Part shown: positions 28,325-37,095 of the stretch, piece after piece
How the letters are laid out: the number at the start of each line of letters is the position of its first letter
How positions within the stretch are numbered: the stretch's first letter is position 1
Source: an uncultured Chloroflexia bacterium
GTDB taxonomy: Bacteria > Chloroflexota > Anaerolineae > Anaerolineales > Anaerolineaceae
Reading direction: 5' to 3'
DNA: 64,000 nucleotides
Assembly (NCBI GenBank): GCA_963701225.1
Contig: OY969578.1
Coordinates: 1,496,871-1,560,870, forward strand
Position numbers and translations under genes: made by a program
The notes under the pieces: model-generated
Database searches by the model: none
Told to the model about the DNA's origin: nothing
Seen by the model: the letters and a program-made list of their open reading frames with translations, nothing else

Positions 28325-28508
28325 GGAGATTCCGGATAGAGATGCTTGTGTTTATTGGATTTCATTTCGTTCAACCCAAACTTCCCGATCTGAATTATTC
28401 TTCGTTGATGATATTTGGCATAAGAAACCTGCATAGTATCCCAATAAACCACATTTGGTTAAAGAAATATCATATCTTGAAGTAGATAGAGATGGATACG
28501 GAGGAGAT

Positions 28509-29249
28509 ATGGTTAATGTACGAGTCTTTAGGGTTGGTTTGATCGCAATGCTTGGTTTTGTGGTAATTATCACTCAACTCGCATGTGGCACTATGTTTTA
28601 TGCCATTGAACCAACAATTCTTCTAACACCACCGGCAAGAACAACATTGCCCACCTCTGTCAAGGGAGATTTGATGCAAATCGATTCTGCCTTGAAACAA
28701 TCAATGGAAGGGAGCCTTGCCTATAATGCACCCGCAACAATGAAACTGGGTGAGACAAAAACCATTCAATTGCTTATGAGCCCGTCTATTTCCCCTCAAG
28801 ATTTGGGGACCAATATTGCTGAAGAGGGGGCTGTGATAACTGCTCCGGTGAACGTCACCCCAAGAATGAAGGCTGAATTGCATGCGGCCGACCCTGACGC
28901 TTTTGTTATTCAGGAGCTTCACGACAATCCAGAACAACTCCTTACTTCGACAGAACCAACAGAATGGCGATGGAATGTTACAGCAAAGAAAGAAGGATTA
29001 CAGAAATTAACGCTGACCGTGTTCAGGCTGGTCAGCTATGAGGGGAAGGAATACTGGCGACTGATATCGTATGAAGCGATCATTGAAGTAACGGTCACGT
29101 GGACGCAGAAAATAATCATTAATGACTGGGAGTGGCTGATTACGATCATCCTTACTGCGATATTGATTCCAGCTATATGGCGTATTGTAGATAGGCGAAG
29201 AAAGAAGAAATCAATCAAGAAAGCTAAAGTTGATCTCCATAAAAAGTAA
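28509..29249 (+). CDS. hypothetical lipoprotein/membrane protein with a C-terminal TM helix and poly-basic tail
   Basis: A GGAGG RBS lies before ATG 28509 (the track starts at 28455). It has a signal sequence with ..TQLAC, a C-terminal TM helix (WLITIILTAILIPAIW) and an RRRKKKSIKKAK tail. Confidence 0.5.
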   Translation: MVNVRVFRVGLIAMLGFVVIITQLACGTMFYAIEPTILLTPPARTTLPTSVKGDLMQIDSALKQSMEGSLAYNAPATMKLGETKTIQLLMSPSISPQDLGTNIAEEGAVITAPVNVTPRMKAELHAADPDAFVIQELHDNPEQLLTSTEPTEWRWNVTAKKEGLQKLTLTVFRLVSYEGKEYWRLISYEAIIEVTVTWTQKIIINDWEWLITIILTAILIPAIWRIVDRRRKKKSIKKAKVDLHKK

Positions 29250-29316
29250 CGGATTTCGACATCCACCTGCCCCCCACCTGGGGGTTCGTTTTCATTTTGA
29301 GGGCAGGTTGTGGCTT

Positions 29317-29376
29317 GTGAAAGATAGATCTTTAAAGTAATAAATCACTTGACTTTTATTAGAAAATAAATACAAT
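29317..29376 (+). promoter_or_regulatory. degenerate purine box plus sigma70-like promoter module
   Basis: GTGAAAGATAGAT (29317-29329), 19 nt, TTGACT (29349-29354), 16 nt, TACAAT (29371-29376). Confidence 0.45.
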
Positions 29377-29495
29377 GATATATAAGATTAGGATAAATTT
29401 AGAAAACTATACAGGTATGTAGATATTATTACTTTATTTTTTCACCATTAATTTTATCGAATTCCTTCAGTCAAAAATTAGCAAAGGAGTAATTT

Positions 29496-30149
29496 ATGGA
29501 AGCACAACTACAAATACAACCAGAACCTCAAGCACTTTCACCCTTCATTTCCATTTGGGTAAAACCACGTGAAACGATTCGAAAGATCGTAGACACAGAT
29601 CCGACAAAATATGTCATCGTCCTAGCGGTGTTATCAGGAATTATTCGGTCGCTTGATAGAGTATCCTCCCAAAACATGGGCGATTCATTGTCATTGCCAG
29701 TCTTGCTTGGCATATGTGTTGTAATAGGACCCGTAGGCGGAATCATCTTAATGTATATGCTTGGTGCACTTTATCGCTGGTCAGGTAGCTGGTTGGGCGG
29801 ACAGGCAACTTCCGAAGAAGTAAGAGCGGATATCGCGTGGTCTTCTGTGCCATCCATATTTTTCTTGCCGCTATGGATACCTCAGTTGATAATTTTCGGT
29901 AAAGAATTATTTAGTAGTTCAACCCCAAGAATGGATGCCAATCCATTCTTGTATATCCTGCTTATGGGATTCGCTGTGATCGAGTTGATTGCGAGTATAT
30001 GGACTTTGGTGTTGTTAATTAAATGTTTGGGAGAAGTCCATCAATTTTCAGCCTGGAGAGCGCTGGGCGCAATAATTTTGGGTTCATTGGTATTCATTGG
30101 ACCGATATTATGTATTGTAGTCACCCTTGCTTTAGTAACTCCACAATAA
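29496..30149 (+). CDS. Yip1-like polytopic membrane protein
   Basis: AAAGGAG RBS upstream. An N-terminal ..WVKPRETIRKIV.. is followed by 5 hydrophobic helices. The family call is by eye. Confidence 0.45.
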   Translation: MEAQLQIQPEPQALSPFISIWVKPRETIRKIVDTDPTKYVIVLAVLSGIIRSLDRVSSQNMGDSLSLPVLLGICVVIGPVGGIILMYMLGALYRWSGSWLGGQATSEEVRADIAWSSVPSIFFLPLWIPQLIIFGKELFSSSTPRMDANPFLYILLMGFAVIELIASIWTLVLLIKCLGEVHQFSAWRALGAIILGSLVFIGPILCIVVTLALVTPQ

Positions 30150-30215
30150 AAGTAAAAGATGATCGATGATCATTGCCAGTTTTGGGCTTGAATAATTACA
30201 TCCCCGAACCGGCTT

Positions 30216-30284
30216 TTGAAAGGGAGCGGTAATATTAATTAATTGCCAATAATCGCTTGACTTTAAACGGATAATTAATACAAT
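30216..30284 (+). promoter_or_regulatory. purine box plus sigma70-like promoter module
   Basis: TTGAAAGGGAGCGG (30216-30229), 27 nt, TTGACT (30257-30262), 16 nt, TACAAT (30279-30284). Confidence 0.45.
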
Positions 30285-30364
30285 TGGATAAATGATTAAT
30301 ATTTAACGGTATGGATTACCCCATTTTATTGGGAATACATTGACATCGAAACCAGGAGAAAACA

Positions 30365-30916
30365 ATGAGTTATATTCAAGATAATCTGATGCCGAATGAG
30401 AGGGTACTTTTTACCGCAAAGATTCACCCGGCGATTTTTATTCCATCGATAATTTCATTTCTGGCAAGTGCCGCATTTTTTGTTTACTCCTTTAGTATGG
30501 CGGGTCAAAATAATTCAACAACATCGATCCTTTTATTTACTGTACTTTGTGTTGCTGGATTTTTCTTTCTCTATTCAGTTTTACTCGGGCTTCAAGCTAT
30601 AATTGCTAAGACAACGACTGAATTTGCTGTATCGAATCGTCGGGTTATTGCAAAAACCGGATTTATTCGCAGGCATACACTTGAAATGCTTTTACCGAAA
30701 GTTGAAAGTATATCGGTTAATCAAAATGTTTTAGGGAGACTACTAAATTTTGGCACGGTAACCGTAATCGGTACCGGTGGGACAAAGGAGAGTTTCCGGG
30801 GAATAAGCGACCCAATGATCATTAGAAAGAAAATCAACCAGATTGTTGAGGGTTATATGCAGGCTTATTCCCAATCTCAACAACAAAATCCAAATAATTC
30901 TTTGGATAATGGATGA
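30365..30916 (+). CDS. bacterial PH-domain (bPH_2/YdbS-like) membrane protein
   Basis: AGGAGA RBS upstream. MSYIQDNLMPNERVLFTAKIHP.. is followed by two TM helices and then ..EFAVSNRRVIAKTGFIRRHTLEM.., which is typical of bPH_2. Confidence 0.6.
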   Translation: MSYIQDNLMPNERVLFTAKIHPAIFIPSIISFLASAAFFVYSFSMAGQNNSTTSILLFTVLCVAGFFFLYSVLLGLQAIIAKTTTEFAVSNRRVIAKTGFIRRHTLEMLLPKVESISVNQNVLGRLLNFGTVTVIGTGGTKESFRGISDPMIIRKKINQIVEGYMQAYSQSQQQNPNNSLDNG

Positions 30917-30937
30917 GTAAGACACTAAAGGATGACA

Positions 30938-31103
30938 ACGGTGCTTCGCGAGGAGCCCGATGGAACACACTCCGGCTCCCCGAGGGAGTGCTACGCGAGG
31001 TGAGCTACGCGAGAAGTGCTGCGCGAGGGCAATGCTGCGCTTCGAGAGTGCTGCGCGAAGGGCTATACTCTGCTTCGTTCTTCAACTGGTGAAAGTAGAA
31101 TGG
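30938..31103 (+). repeat. GC-rich intergenic repeat, copy C (contains a 14-nt tandem repeat)
   Basis: GTGCTACGCGAG, GAGCTACGCGAG and GTGCTGCGCGAG start at 30988, 31002 and 31016 (14-nt period). Related words start at 30941, 31032 and 31048. It shares GGCTCCCCGAGGGAGTGCTACGCGAGGTGAGCTACG with copy B and ends in the box-like GTGAAAGTAGAATGG. Confidence 0.65.
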
Positions 31104-31186
31104 TCGGTTTTTAGAAAAACCGTCTTTATGGATAATAACCTTTACCGGGTAGAATAACGATCAGTACTCTCGGAGGAGAATGTGTT

Positions 31187-31954
31187 ATGAGTAAAAATTC
31201 TAAAATAATTCTAGGTGTAGTGGCAGGCGTTTTGGTCCTGTGTGCTATTCTGGGGGTTATGGCTGGCATCGGATTCGGATATTTTTCTTTGCGAGATTCT
31301 CTGCTTGAGAAAACGGTCACCTTTGAGCCGGATTACTTCCGGATAACAGGTACCCTAGACCCTTCGATCTTCGCTGAAACCGCAAGGATAATGACTGAGC
31401 GGGCTCACGGTCTGGGATATTCAAGAGTAAAGTTCTTCGTTTCAGACAAAAATATGATTGTTGGAAAAATCCCCGCCCGTATTGATACGAATAAATTCGT
31501 CGACAATATGGTAAAAATCGGACTTTTAGAATTTGTAGATTTAGGGTCCACCTCCTTGCCCAACGGTACGATAATCAATACAGATCTTGAGATTCGGTAT
31601 TTAAAACCGTCGGATGGGGAACAGTGGCATACGATTATGACCAACCGCGAATTTGCAACTACAATGGTTGTTACGGATGATTTGGGCAGGTATGTGATCA
31701 CATTTTCCTTGACGGATGAGGGTAAAAGAATTTTTACCCAACATACCAGCGATAATGTTGGTAAATACCTGGCGATTGTGATCGATAAAGAGATCATCAG
31801 TTGCCCACGGATCGAATCTGCAATTTCTGAAGGAGAAGGAGTGATCCAGGGTTCCTTCACTATAGACGAAGCCAATGAACTGGCTATTCAGTTACAGTCT
31901 ACCCCATTACCGATACCGATTAAATTTGTAGCAGAGGTGAACTCTAATTATTAA
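31187..31954 (+). CDS. membrane-anchored protein resembling the SecD periplasmic P1-head region
   Basis: GGAGG RBS upstream and an N-terminal TM helix. The ..GLLEFVD.. and ..YLAIVIDKEIISCPRIESAISEGEGVIQGSFTIDEANELAIQLQSTPLPIPIKF.. segments resemble the SecD head motif. Confidence 0.5.
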   Translation: MSKNSKIILGVVAGVLVLCAILGVMAGIGFGYFSLRDSLLEKTVTFEPDYFRITGTLDPSIFAETARIMTERAHGLGYSRVKFFVSDKNMIVGKIPARIDTNKFVDNMVKIGLLEFVDLGSTSLPNGTIINTDLEIRYLKPSDGEQWHTIMTNREFATTMVVTDDLGRYVITFSLTDEGKRIFTQHTSDNVGKYLAIVIDKEIISCPRIESAISEGEGVIQGSFTIDEANELAIQLQSTPLPIPIKFVAEVNSNY

Positions 31955-32022
31955 TCCAGTGTCTATTAATTTCAATTGGTAGGGTCCCGACATAACCGGA
32001 TATATCTACCTCGTCGTGGCTC

Positions 32023-32084
32023 ATGAAAGGGAGAGGATAATTACAAATAAAAGCTTGACAGTTTAGCACCTGACAGGAAAAAAT
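32023..32084 (+). promoter_or_regulatory. purine box plus promoter-like module (weak -10)
   Basis: ATGAAAGGGAGAGG (32023-32036), 18 nt, TTGACA (32055-32060), then only an A-rich -10 candidate (AAAAAT, 32079-32084). Confidence 0.35.
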
Positions 32085-32134
32085 CACCCACCTTGAATGT
32101 CAGCTCAGTAGAGTGAAAGGAGTGTGTCATCTCC

Positions 32135-32638
32135 ATGAGAGAGCCCACCACCAAGTCGGAACTGATCCAAGCGATAACCACCGCTCGCAACGAATGGGAT
32201 GCATTGATCGCCGAAGTCCCCCCTCGCCGGATGTCAGAACCGGTGGCGCCAGGGCAATGGTCCATCAAGGATATCATCGCCCATGTCACCGAGTACGACC
32301 GCCGACTGGCGCTCGGTCTTGCGCTGAGACTGCAGACACCTCCCCGGATCTGGCTTGACGATCTGAGCCTGGATGAGTTCAACGCCCTGCTACATCAGCA
32401 AATCGCAGACCGCGATCCCAACGATATCCTGCAGGAGTCGAAGCAGGTATTCCAGGAATTGATCAACGAGGTCGAAGCTCATACCGAAGAATATCTCTTC
32501 GGGGCTCACCACGTTAAAGGTGTTTCATACGACGTGATCCCTTGCCGGATCCTTAGAAGTGAGTCGTACGGTCACTACCGGGATCATATCCCCGATATTC
32601 GAGCCTGGATAGCTTCCCATCCTGAGGTAGGTAAGTAG
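32135..32638 (+). CDS. DinB/ClbS-like four-helix-bundle protein
   Basis: ..TKSELIQAITTARNEWDALIAEVP..WSIKDIIAHVTEYD.. is a DinB-superfamily-like pattern. The call is by eye. Confidence 0.5.
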   Translation: MREPTTKSELIQAITTARNEWDALIAEVPPRRMSEPVAPGQWSIKDIIAHVTEYDRRLALGLALRLQTPPRIWLDDLSLDEFNALLHQQIADRDPNDILQESKQVFQELINEVEAHTEEYLFGAHHVKGVSYDVIPCRILRSESYGHYRDHIPDIRAWIASHPEVGK

Positions 32639-32702
32639 CGCGCCGCCTTCCGAGTCTTGTGGAAGGGAGAGGATATCTATATAATTATCGTAAATCATAA
32701 TT

Positions 32703-32834
32703 ATGACAATAAAAAAGATTTCAATAATAATATTATTCGTGGTGATTTATGGGCTTATTATTTTCCTAATCTACCAATGGGTAAATAGTGAAGATCCATC
32801 TTCCAGTGGCGTCACAGTCTGGAGAGGTTTATAA
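32703..32834 (+). CDS. possible 43-aa single-TM peptide
   Basis: MTIKKISIIILFVVIYGLIIFLIYQWVNSEDPSSSGVTVWRGL. It is not in the ORF track (too short) and has no SD. TTGTGG-N17-TATAAT (32657-32685) lies upstream. Confidence 0.2.
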   Translation: MTIKKISIIILFVVIYGLIIFLIYQWVNSEDPSSSGVTVWRGL

Positions 32835-32863
32835 AAAGATGGTTTTGAAACACAGCTGTTTAG

Positions 32864-33572
32864 TTTTTGATGGTCGACATACTAGTTGGGATTTAGTAAA
32901 TTTGCAGTATTTTTTTGTTTTACTTTCTTTGGATACTATCCTAGAATAATTTGAGGTCCTGGTTAATTGGCGGCATCACCCCTTCGGGGTTCAAGCCAAT
33001 GCCGCCCTACGTTACCCTTAAAAGCGTTAGAATCGACACATGGAAAGTGAGTTTATTATTATTCGCAACCCTTCCAGGCACTTGTGGTCTGAGGGTTTTG
33101 CGTGCCCAGGCTGCAATGGGCGCGGTTTCTTTTTGTAGGGCGGGGTTGTACTCCGCCGTTTTTGATGATCGACATACTAGTTGGTATTTAGTAAATTTGC
33201 AGTATTTTTTTGTTTTACGTTCTTTGGAGACTATCCTGTAATAATTTGAGGTTCTGGTTAATTGGCGGCATCACCCCTTCGGGGTGCAGACCAATGCCGC
33301 CCTACGCTATCCTCAAATGCGTTACAATCGTCCGATGGAAAGTGAGTGCTATTATTCTCAATCCTTCTAGATACTTGTGGTCTGAGGATTTTGCGCGCCC
33401 AGGCTGCAACGGGCGCGTTTTCTTTTTGTAGGGCGGGGTTCGTTAATTACACCCGTTCTTAGGGTGCGTCAGCGCCCCGTTCATTGGGGGATATACCGCC
33501 GAATATTTAGGGTGAAAATAAAATGGCGGCATTCCCCCCTCAGAACGGGGGTCTGTAGAAATGCCGCCCTAC
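32864..33572 (+). repeat. REP composite-unit array I (two ~295-bp units plus a variant REP)
   Basis: Units are 32864-33158 and 33159-~33440. REP stems are at 32967-33010, 33135-33157, 33262-33305, 33428.. (disrupted) and 33523-33572. Confidence 0.85.
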
Positions 33573-33712
33573 GCTATCTGGAGTTGTGACCAAATCAAGG
33601 TATAAATGAAAAAGTGCATTCATCACGCAAAAAAGTGATTGTAAAAGTGAATAAGCATAAATTGATTCTATATATAAGTTAGGATCATACGAAGCATGGA
33701 GAAAGGTTTGTC

Positions 33713-34624
33713 ATGAAAAAAATTTTTGTAATGATAGTCACTCTGGCGATTTTATTGACCGGTTGCCAGCTTGTTCCCACCCCGTCACCCACACCACGAC
33801 CCCCCTTGTCATTATCTGAATTAGAACGGACATCGTCAGCTTTCGAGTCTTTGGCTTCTGCTGAAGTGAAGGCCTGGAACACCCGCGATAATCAGTTAAT
33901 CCGGACTATATTTACCGAGGATGCTGTCATGCGTGACAGGACCTACAGTGACTTTGTAACCGGACCTGACGAGATCATTCGCCTGATCGTCTCGGTTGCC
34001 TCATTTGGCTCCAAATGGGAGGCGCAGCTCAAGGATTCCTATATTGCAAAAGATGAGGGAATTACAGTCAGCGATCTGTGGAATCTCGGGTTGGGTGGTT
34101 ACGCATTTACACAAGCTGATCCGATGGTCGAGGTCGACCGGTTGAAGATCAGTGATAATCACATCACGAATTGGACACTGTTTTACGGACTGGACTCGAT
34201 AGAGAAAACTCACCGGGCAACCTCTGAGCGACTTGAGGAGGCACGAGCCCTGCTCTCCACTTATCAAATGGCATGGTCTTCCGGAGATCCACAGGTAGTG
34301 GGAGCCCTATACTCATCGGACACCGTACGGGAAGATACGCTTTTCGGGGAAAGGCAGGAAGGACAGGCGGCCATCCGATCCTTTGCAAAGTCATACACGG
34401 GCTGGTATCCGGGCGTGCTGTGGGACCTTTCCCTGGCCTTTGGCGAAGGTCAGGGAGATTCGCCGGTGACGGGCGGCCTTTACACCGTCCAGGCGACTGA
34501 CCTGGAAGGTCAGCCGTGTATTGTTCAGGTGGCAGTACTTCTGCAGACTTCTGAAAATTTGATCAGTCACGAGACAATATTCTATGAACCTCAGTCATTG
34601 ATCCGCTGCGGCTGGGCTCGATAG
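33713..34624 (+). CDS. lipoprotein with two NTF2/SnoaL-like domains
   Basis: GGAGAAAGG RBS upstream and a lipobox (ILLTGC). The two segments ..AEVKAWNTRDNQLIRTIFTEDAVMRD.. and ..YQMAWSSGDPQVVGALYSSDTVRED.. resemble SnoaL-like repeats. Confidence 0.55.
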   Translation: MKKIFVMIVTLAILLTGCQLVPTPSPTPRPPLSLSELERTSSAFESLASAEVKAWNTRDNQLIRTIFTEDAVMRDRTYSDFVTGPDEIIRLIVSVASFGSKWEAQLKDSYIAKDEGITVSDLWNLGLGGYAFTQADPMVEVDRLKISDNHITNWTLFYGLDSIEKTHRATSERLEEARALLSTYQMAWSSGDPQVVGALYSSDTVREDTLFGERQEGQAAIRSFAKSYTGWYPGVLWDLSLAFGEGQGDSPVTGGLYTVQATDLEGQPCIVQVAVLLQTSENLISHETIFYEPQSLIRCGWAR

Positions 34625-34740
34625 GTTCAGGGTTTTCCATCGCCACCTGAACTGGCATACTTTCCGAAAAATATATCTCTTCGGGAGAGTTTTGCAAGAA
34701 GTGTGAATGATAATATATATGGCTAATTAATATTCTGCCT

Positions 34741-35311
34741 TATAATCGACACATGGAAAGTGAGTGCTATTATTCTCAATCCTTCTAAGTACTTGTGGTC
34801 TGAGGATCTTGCGCGTCCAGGCTGCAACGGGCGCGTTTTCTTTTTGTAGGGCGGGGTTATACCCCGCCGTTTTTGATGGTCGACATACTATTTGGAATAT
34901 AGTAAATTTGTAGTATTTTTTTGCCTTACGTTCTTTGGAGACTATCCTGTAATAATTTGAGGTTCTGGTTAATTGGCGGCATCACCCCTTCGGGGTGCAG
35001 GCCAATGCCGCCCTACGTTATCCTTAAATGCGTTAGAATCGTCACATGGAAAGTGAGCTTTCTTATTATTCTCAAGCTGTCTGGGCACTTGTGATCTGAG
35101 GATCTTACGCATCCGGGCTACAGCGGGCGCGTTTTCTTTTTGTAGGGCGGGGTTATACCCCGCCGTTTTTGATGATCGACATACTATTTGGGATTTAGTA
35201 AATTTGTAGTATTTTTTTGTCTTAGTTCTTTGGAGACTATCCTGTAATAATTTGAGGTTCTGGTTAATTGGCGGCATCACCCCTTCGGGGTGCAGGCTAA
35301 TGCCGCCCTAC
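34741..35311 (+). repeat. REP composite-unit array II
   Basis: Q module 34741-34845, REP 34846-34868, full unit 34869-35164 (REPs 34973-35016 and 35142-35164), then P plus REP 35165-35311 (REP 35268-35311). Confidence 0.85.
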
Positions 35312-35500
35312 GGTTACTCCGCTGACCACGGAGCAGCTTGTGATTGGGAGAGCACTATCAAAAGAATATTAATTATTGTATAACCAGAAAAAATAACAAA
35401 ATAATATAGAATATATTTATTAAAAGGATTAGATTACGATTTTCCAGATTTGGTATGATCAATGATCAGGCATTTACTCGAAAGTCAGAAACCAAAAATC

Positions 35501-36097
35501 ATGAAAATACCTGTATCGATAATCCTACTGGCTTTCCTTCTTGCATCCTGCGCACCTGTTCCAATGACTACTGAGACAGGTACAGTGCCGACAACTTATT
35601 CCTCATTAACACCAACACTCCTTCCGGTTACTGCAACAAAGCATCCAACATTACCGGTAGCCATGACAGCCAATCCTGATCAATTGGTGCAATGGCAGGA
35701 ATATGAACGTGCCCTGGTGAGCCGGTTGTTTTTTCTACATCCACCTGAAGAGATATTGTGTGAATGGGAGATACTGGGGCGGGAAGAAGACAAAGTTTAT
35801 GTATGGGCTATTTGCCTGGGGTTGCCCCCTAACGGAGAAAGCGAGAAGTGGGCACCTATGGCAAGCATTCCAGCAGCAATCCTTCTCGACTCGGATGGTT
35901 CCATTCAAAGTGTGGAGCTTCCCAGGGATTCTGGCAAGGATTACGGTGAAGGTATTCGTATACTATTTCCTCCTGCTATCCGCACCAGGATATCTGAACG
36001 ATCCATCAGCATTTCAACAATGGCCGAGCATGTCAAACTCAGACGAAAGAAACCAGGTCCGCCATTGATAGTCCTTATGGCAACTCCGCAACCGTAG
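35501..36097 (+). CDS. hypothetical lipoprotein
   Basis: MKIPVSIILLAFLLASC is a lipobox signal peptide starting at ATG 35501. The track ORF starts at 35462. Confidence 0.5.
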   Translation: MKIPVSIILLAFLLASCAPVPMTTETGTVPTTYSSLTPTLLPVTATKHPTLPVAMTANPDQLVQWQEYERALVSRLFFLHPPEEILCEWEILGREEDKVYVWAICLGLPPNGESEKWAPMASIPAAILLDSDGSIQSVELPRDSGKDYGEGIRILFPPAIRTRISERSISISTMAEHVKLRRKKPGPPLIVLMATPQP

Positions 36098-36104
36098 ATC
36101 CTAT

Positions 36105-36288
36105 CAGTTTTCTTTTTGTAGGGCGGGGTTATACCCCGCCGTTTTTGATGATCGACATTCTATTTGGGATTTAGTAAATTTGTAGTATTTTTTTGTCTTA
36201 CGTTCTTTGGAGACTATCCTGTAATAATTTGAGGTTCTGGTTAATTGGCGGCATCACCCCTTCGGGGTGCAGGCCAATGCCGCCCTAC
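36105..36288 (+). repeat. REP composite-unit array III (partial unit)
   Basis: T-run plus REP GTAGGGCGGGGTTATACCCCGCC (36118-36140), the P segment, and the long REP 36245-36288. Confidence 0.85.
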
Positions 36289-36317
36289 GTTTTGTCGAAT
36301 AAATGGGTTTATATGAA

Positions 36318-36342
36318 TTGGCGGTTTATAAAACCGCCCTAC
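36318..36342 (+). repeat. REP palindrome flanking the RAYT 3' end
   Basis: TTGGCGG-TTTATAAAA-CCGCCCTAC, 6 nt from the RAYT stop codon. The GTAG end (on the minus strand) faces the gene. Confidence 0.85.
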
Positions 36343-36348
36343 TATCTG

Positions 36349-36867
36349 TCATTCAAATTCCATCTTCCTAATATTTGAAGGCATTTCACCTATTCCCCAC
36401 GACTTATCATAGAATCGATCATCAAGCCATTTTGAGAATGTCGACCATTGCCATTCAATGGGATCATTTACAAATACATGTTTAACCGGGTTCCAATGGA
36501 TATAGTCAAGATGCTTTTTAAAATCATCATCATCTCTGATGACATGGTCCCAGAAGCGTGCTTGCCAGATTGGTGATTTATCTTTAATATTGGTTTTCCG
36601 ATAATTCCGGATAAAGTTACGTTTGATACTGTGGATGATTGGCGAATAATTGGGGGATTCTTCCGGGGTCTTGAATAATAAATGAAAGTGATCCGGCATT
36701 ATTACATAAGCGAGTACTGCAAACGGATGCAATGTTTTAACAGCATTGATTGTGTTGAGTAATATTTCAATTGTTCGAGGGTGATCAAACAAGCGATGGC
36801 GTTTGTATGTCACAGCCGTGATGAAGACCGGTTGTCCGGGGAGATACAATCTACGATAATTCGGCAT
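36349..36867 (-). CDS. REP-associated tyrosine transposase (RAYT; IS200/IS605-like Y1 HUH transposase)
   Basis: MPNYRRLYLPGQPVFITAVTYKR.. N-terminus, HUH motif PDHFHLL, and catalytic-Tyr motif LDYIHWNPVKH. It is 172 aa and is flanked by inverted REPs. Confidence 0.85.
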   Translation of the reverse strand: MPNYRRLYLPGQPVFITAVTYKRHRLFDHPRTIEILLNTINAVKTLHPFAVLAYVIMPDHFHLLFKTPEESPNYSPIIHSIKRNFIRNYRKTNIKDKSPIWQARFWDHVIRDDDDFKKHLDYIHWNPVKHVFVNDPIEWQWSTFSKWLDDRFYDKSWGIGEMPSNIRKMEFE

Positions 36868-36889
36868 ATGCTATTTTAGCATGTGGGAC

Positions 36890-36914
36890 GTAGGGCGGGA
36901 TTACATCCCGCCAA
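36890..36914 (+). repeat. REP palindrome flanking the RAYT 5' end
   Basis: GTAGGGCGG-GATTACATC-CCGCCAA, followed by TTAACCAG. CCGCCAATTAACCAG (36906-36920) is the reverse complement of CTGGTTAATTGGCGG, the junction of the P segment and the long REP in the array units. Confidence 0.85.
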
Positions 36915-36934
36915 TTAACCAGGTTTATATTAAT

Positions 36935-37095
36935 TTGGCGGCATCACCCCTTCGAGGTGCAGGCCAATGCCGCCCTACGTTATCCTCAAATGCGTTATAA
37001 TCAACACATGGAAAGTGAGTGCTATTATTCTCAATCCTTCTAGATACTTGTGGTCTGAGGATCTTGCGCGTCCAGGCTGCAACGGGCGCGTTTTT
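36935..37095 (+). repeat. REP composite-unit array IV (long REP plus Q module abutting tyrS)
   Basis: Long REP 36935-36978, and a Q module 36979-37095 with TATAAT (36996-37001) and a GC hairpin plus T-run. Confidence 0.8.
37066..37095 (+). terminator. terminator-like hairpin of the Q module, 18 nt upstream of the tyrS start
   Basis: GCGCGTCC-aggctgcaac-GGGCGCG followed by TTTTT. The same hairpin plus T-run recurs at 33100-33134, 33393-33427 and 34811-34845, with a weaker copy at 35108-35140. Confidence 0.45.

Noticed and set aside
19664-32700. Chromosomal integron cassette array
   Set aside because: There is no intI-type tyrosine recombinase in the window. The inter-cassette repeats lack R''/L''-L'/R' attC symmetry and the GTTRRRY core. 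The cassettes also carry their own promoters, unlike typical promoterless integron cassettes.
32951-36378. ORFs inside the REP arrays (32951-33241, 33210-33431, 34969-35280 minus, 36193-36378)
   Set aside because: They are translations of the repeat unit (..WLIGGITPSG(C/F)(R/K)PMPPY..) that start at TTG without an RBS, run through hairpins and terminators, and differ by frame-breaking changes between copies.
32864-37095. Regularly spaced repeats that could be mistaken for a CRISPR array
   Set aside because: The period is ~295 bp, and both the repeat and the apparent spacer parts are conserved between units. The repeats are palindromic REP-type hairpins next to a RAYT gene. No cas genes are present, and no 25-40-bp repeat with unique spacers is seen.
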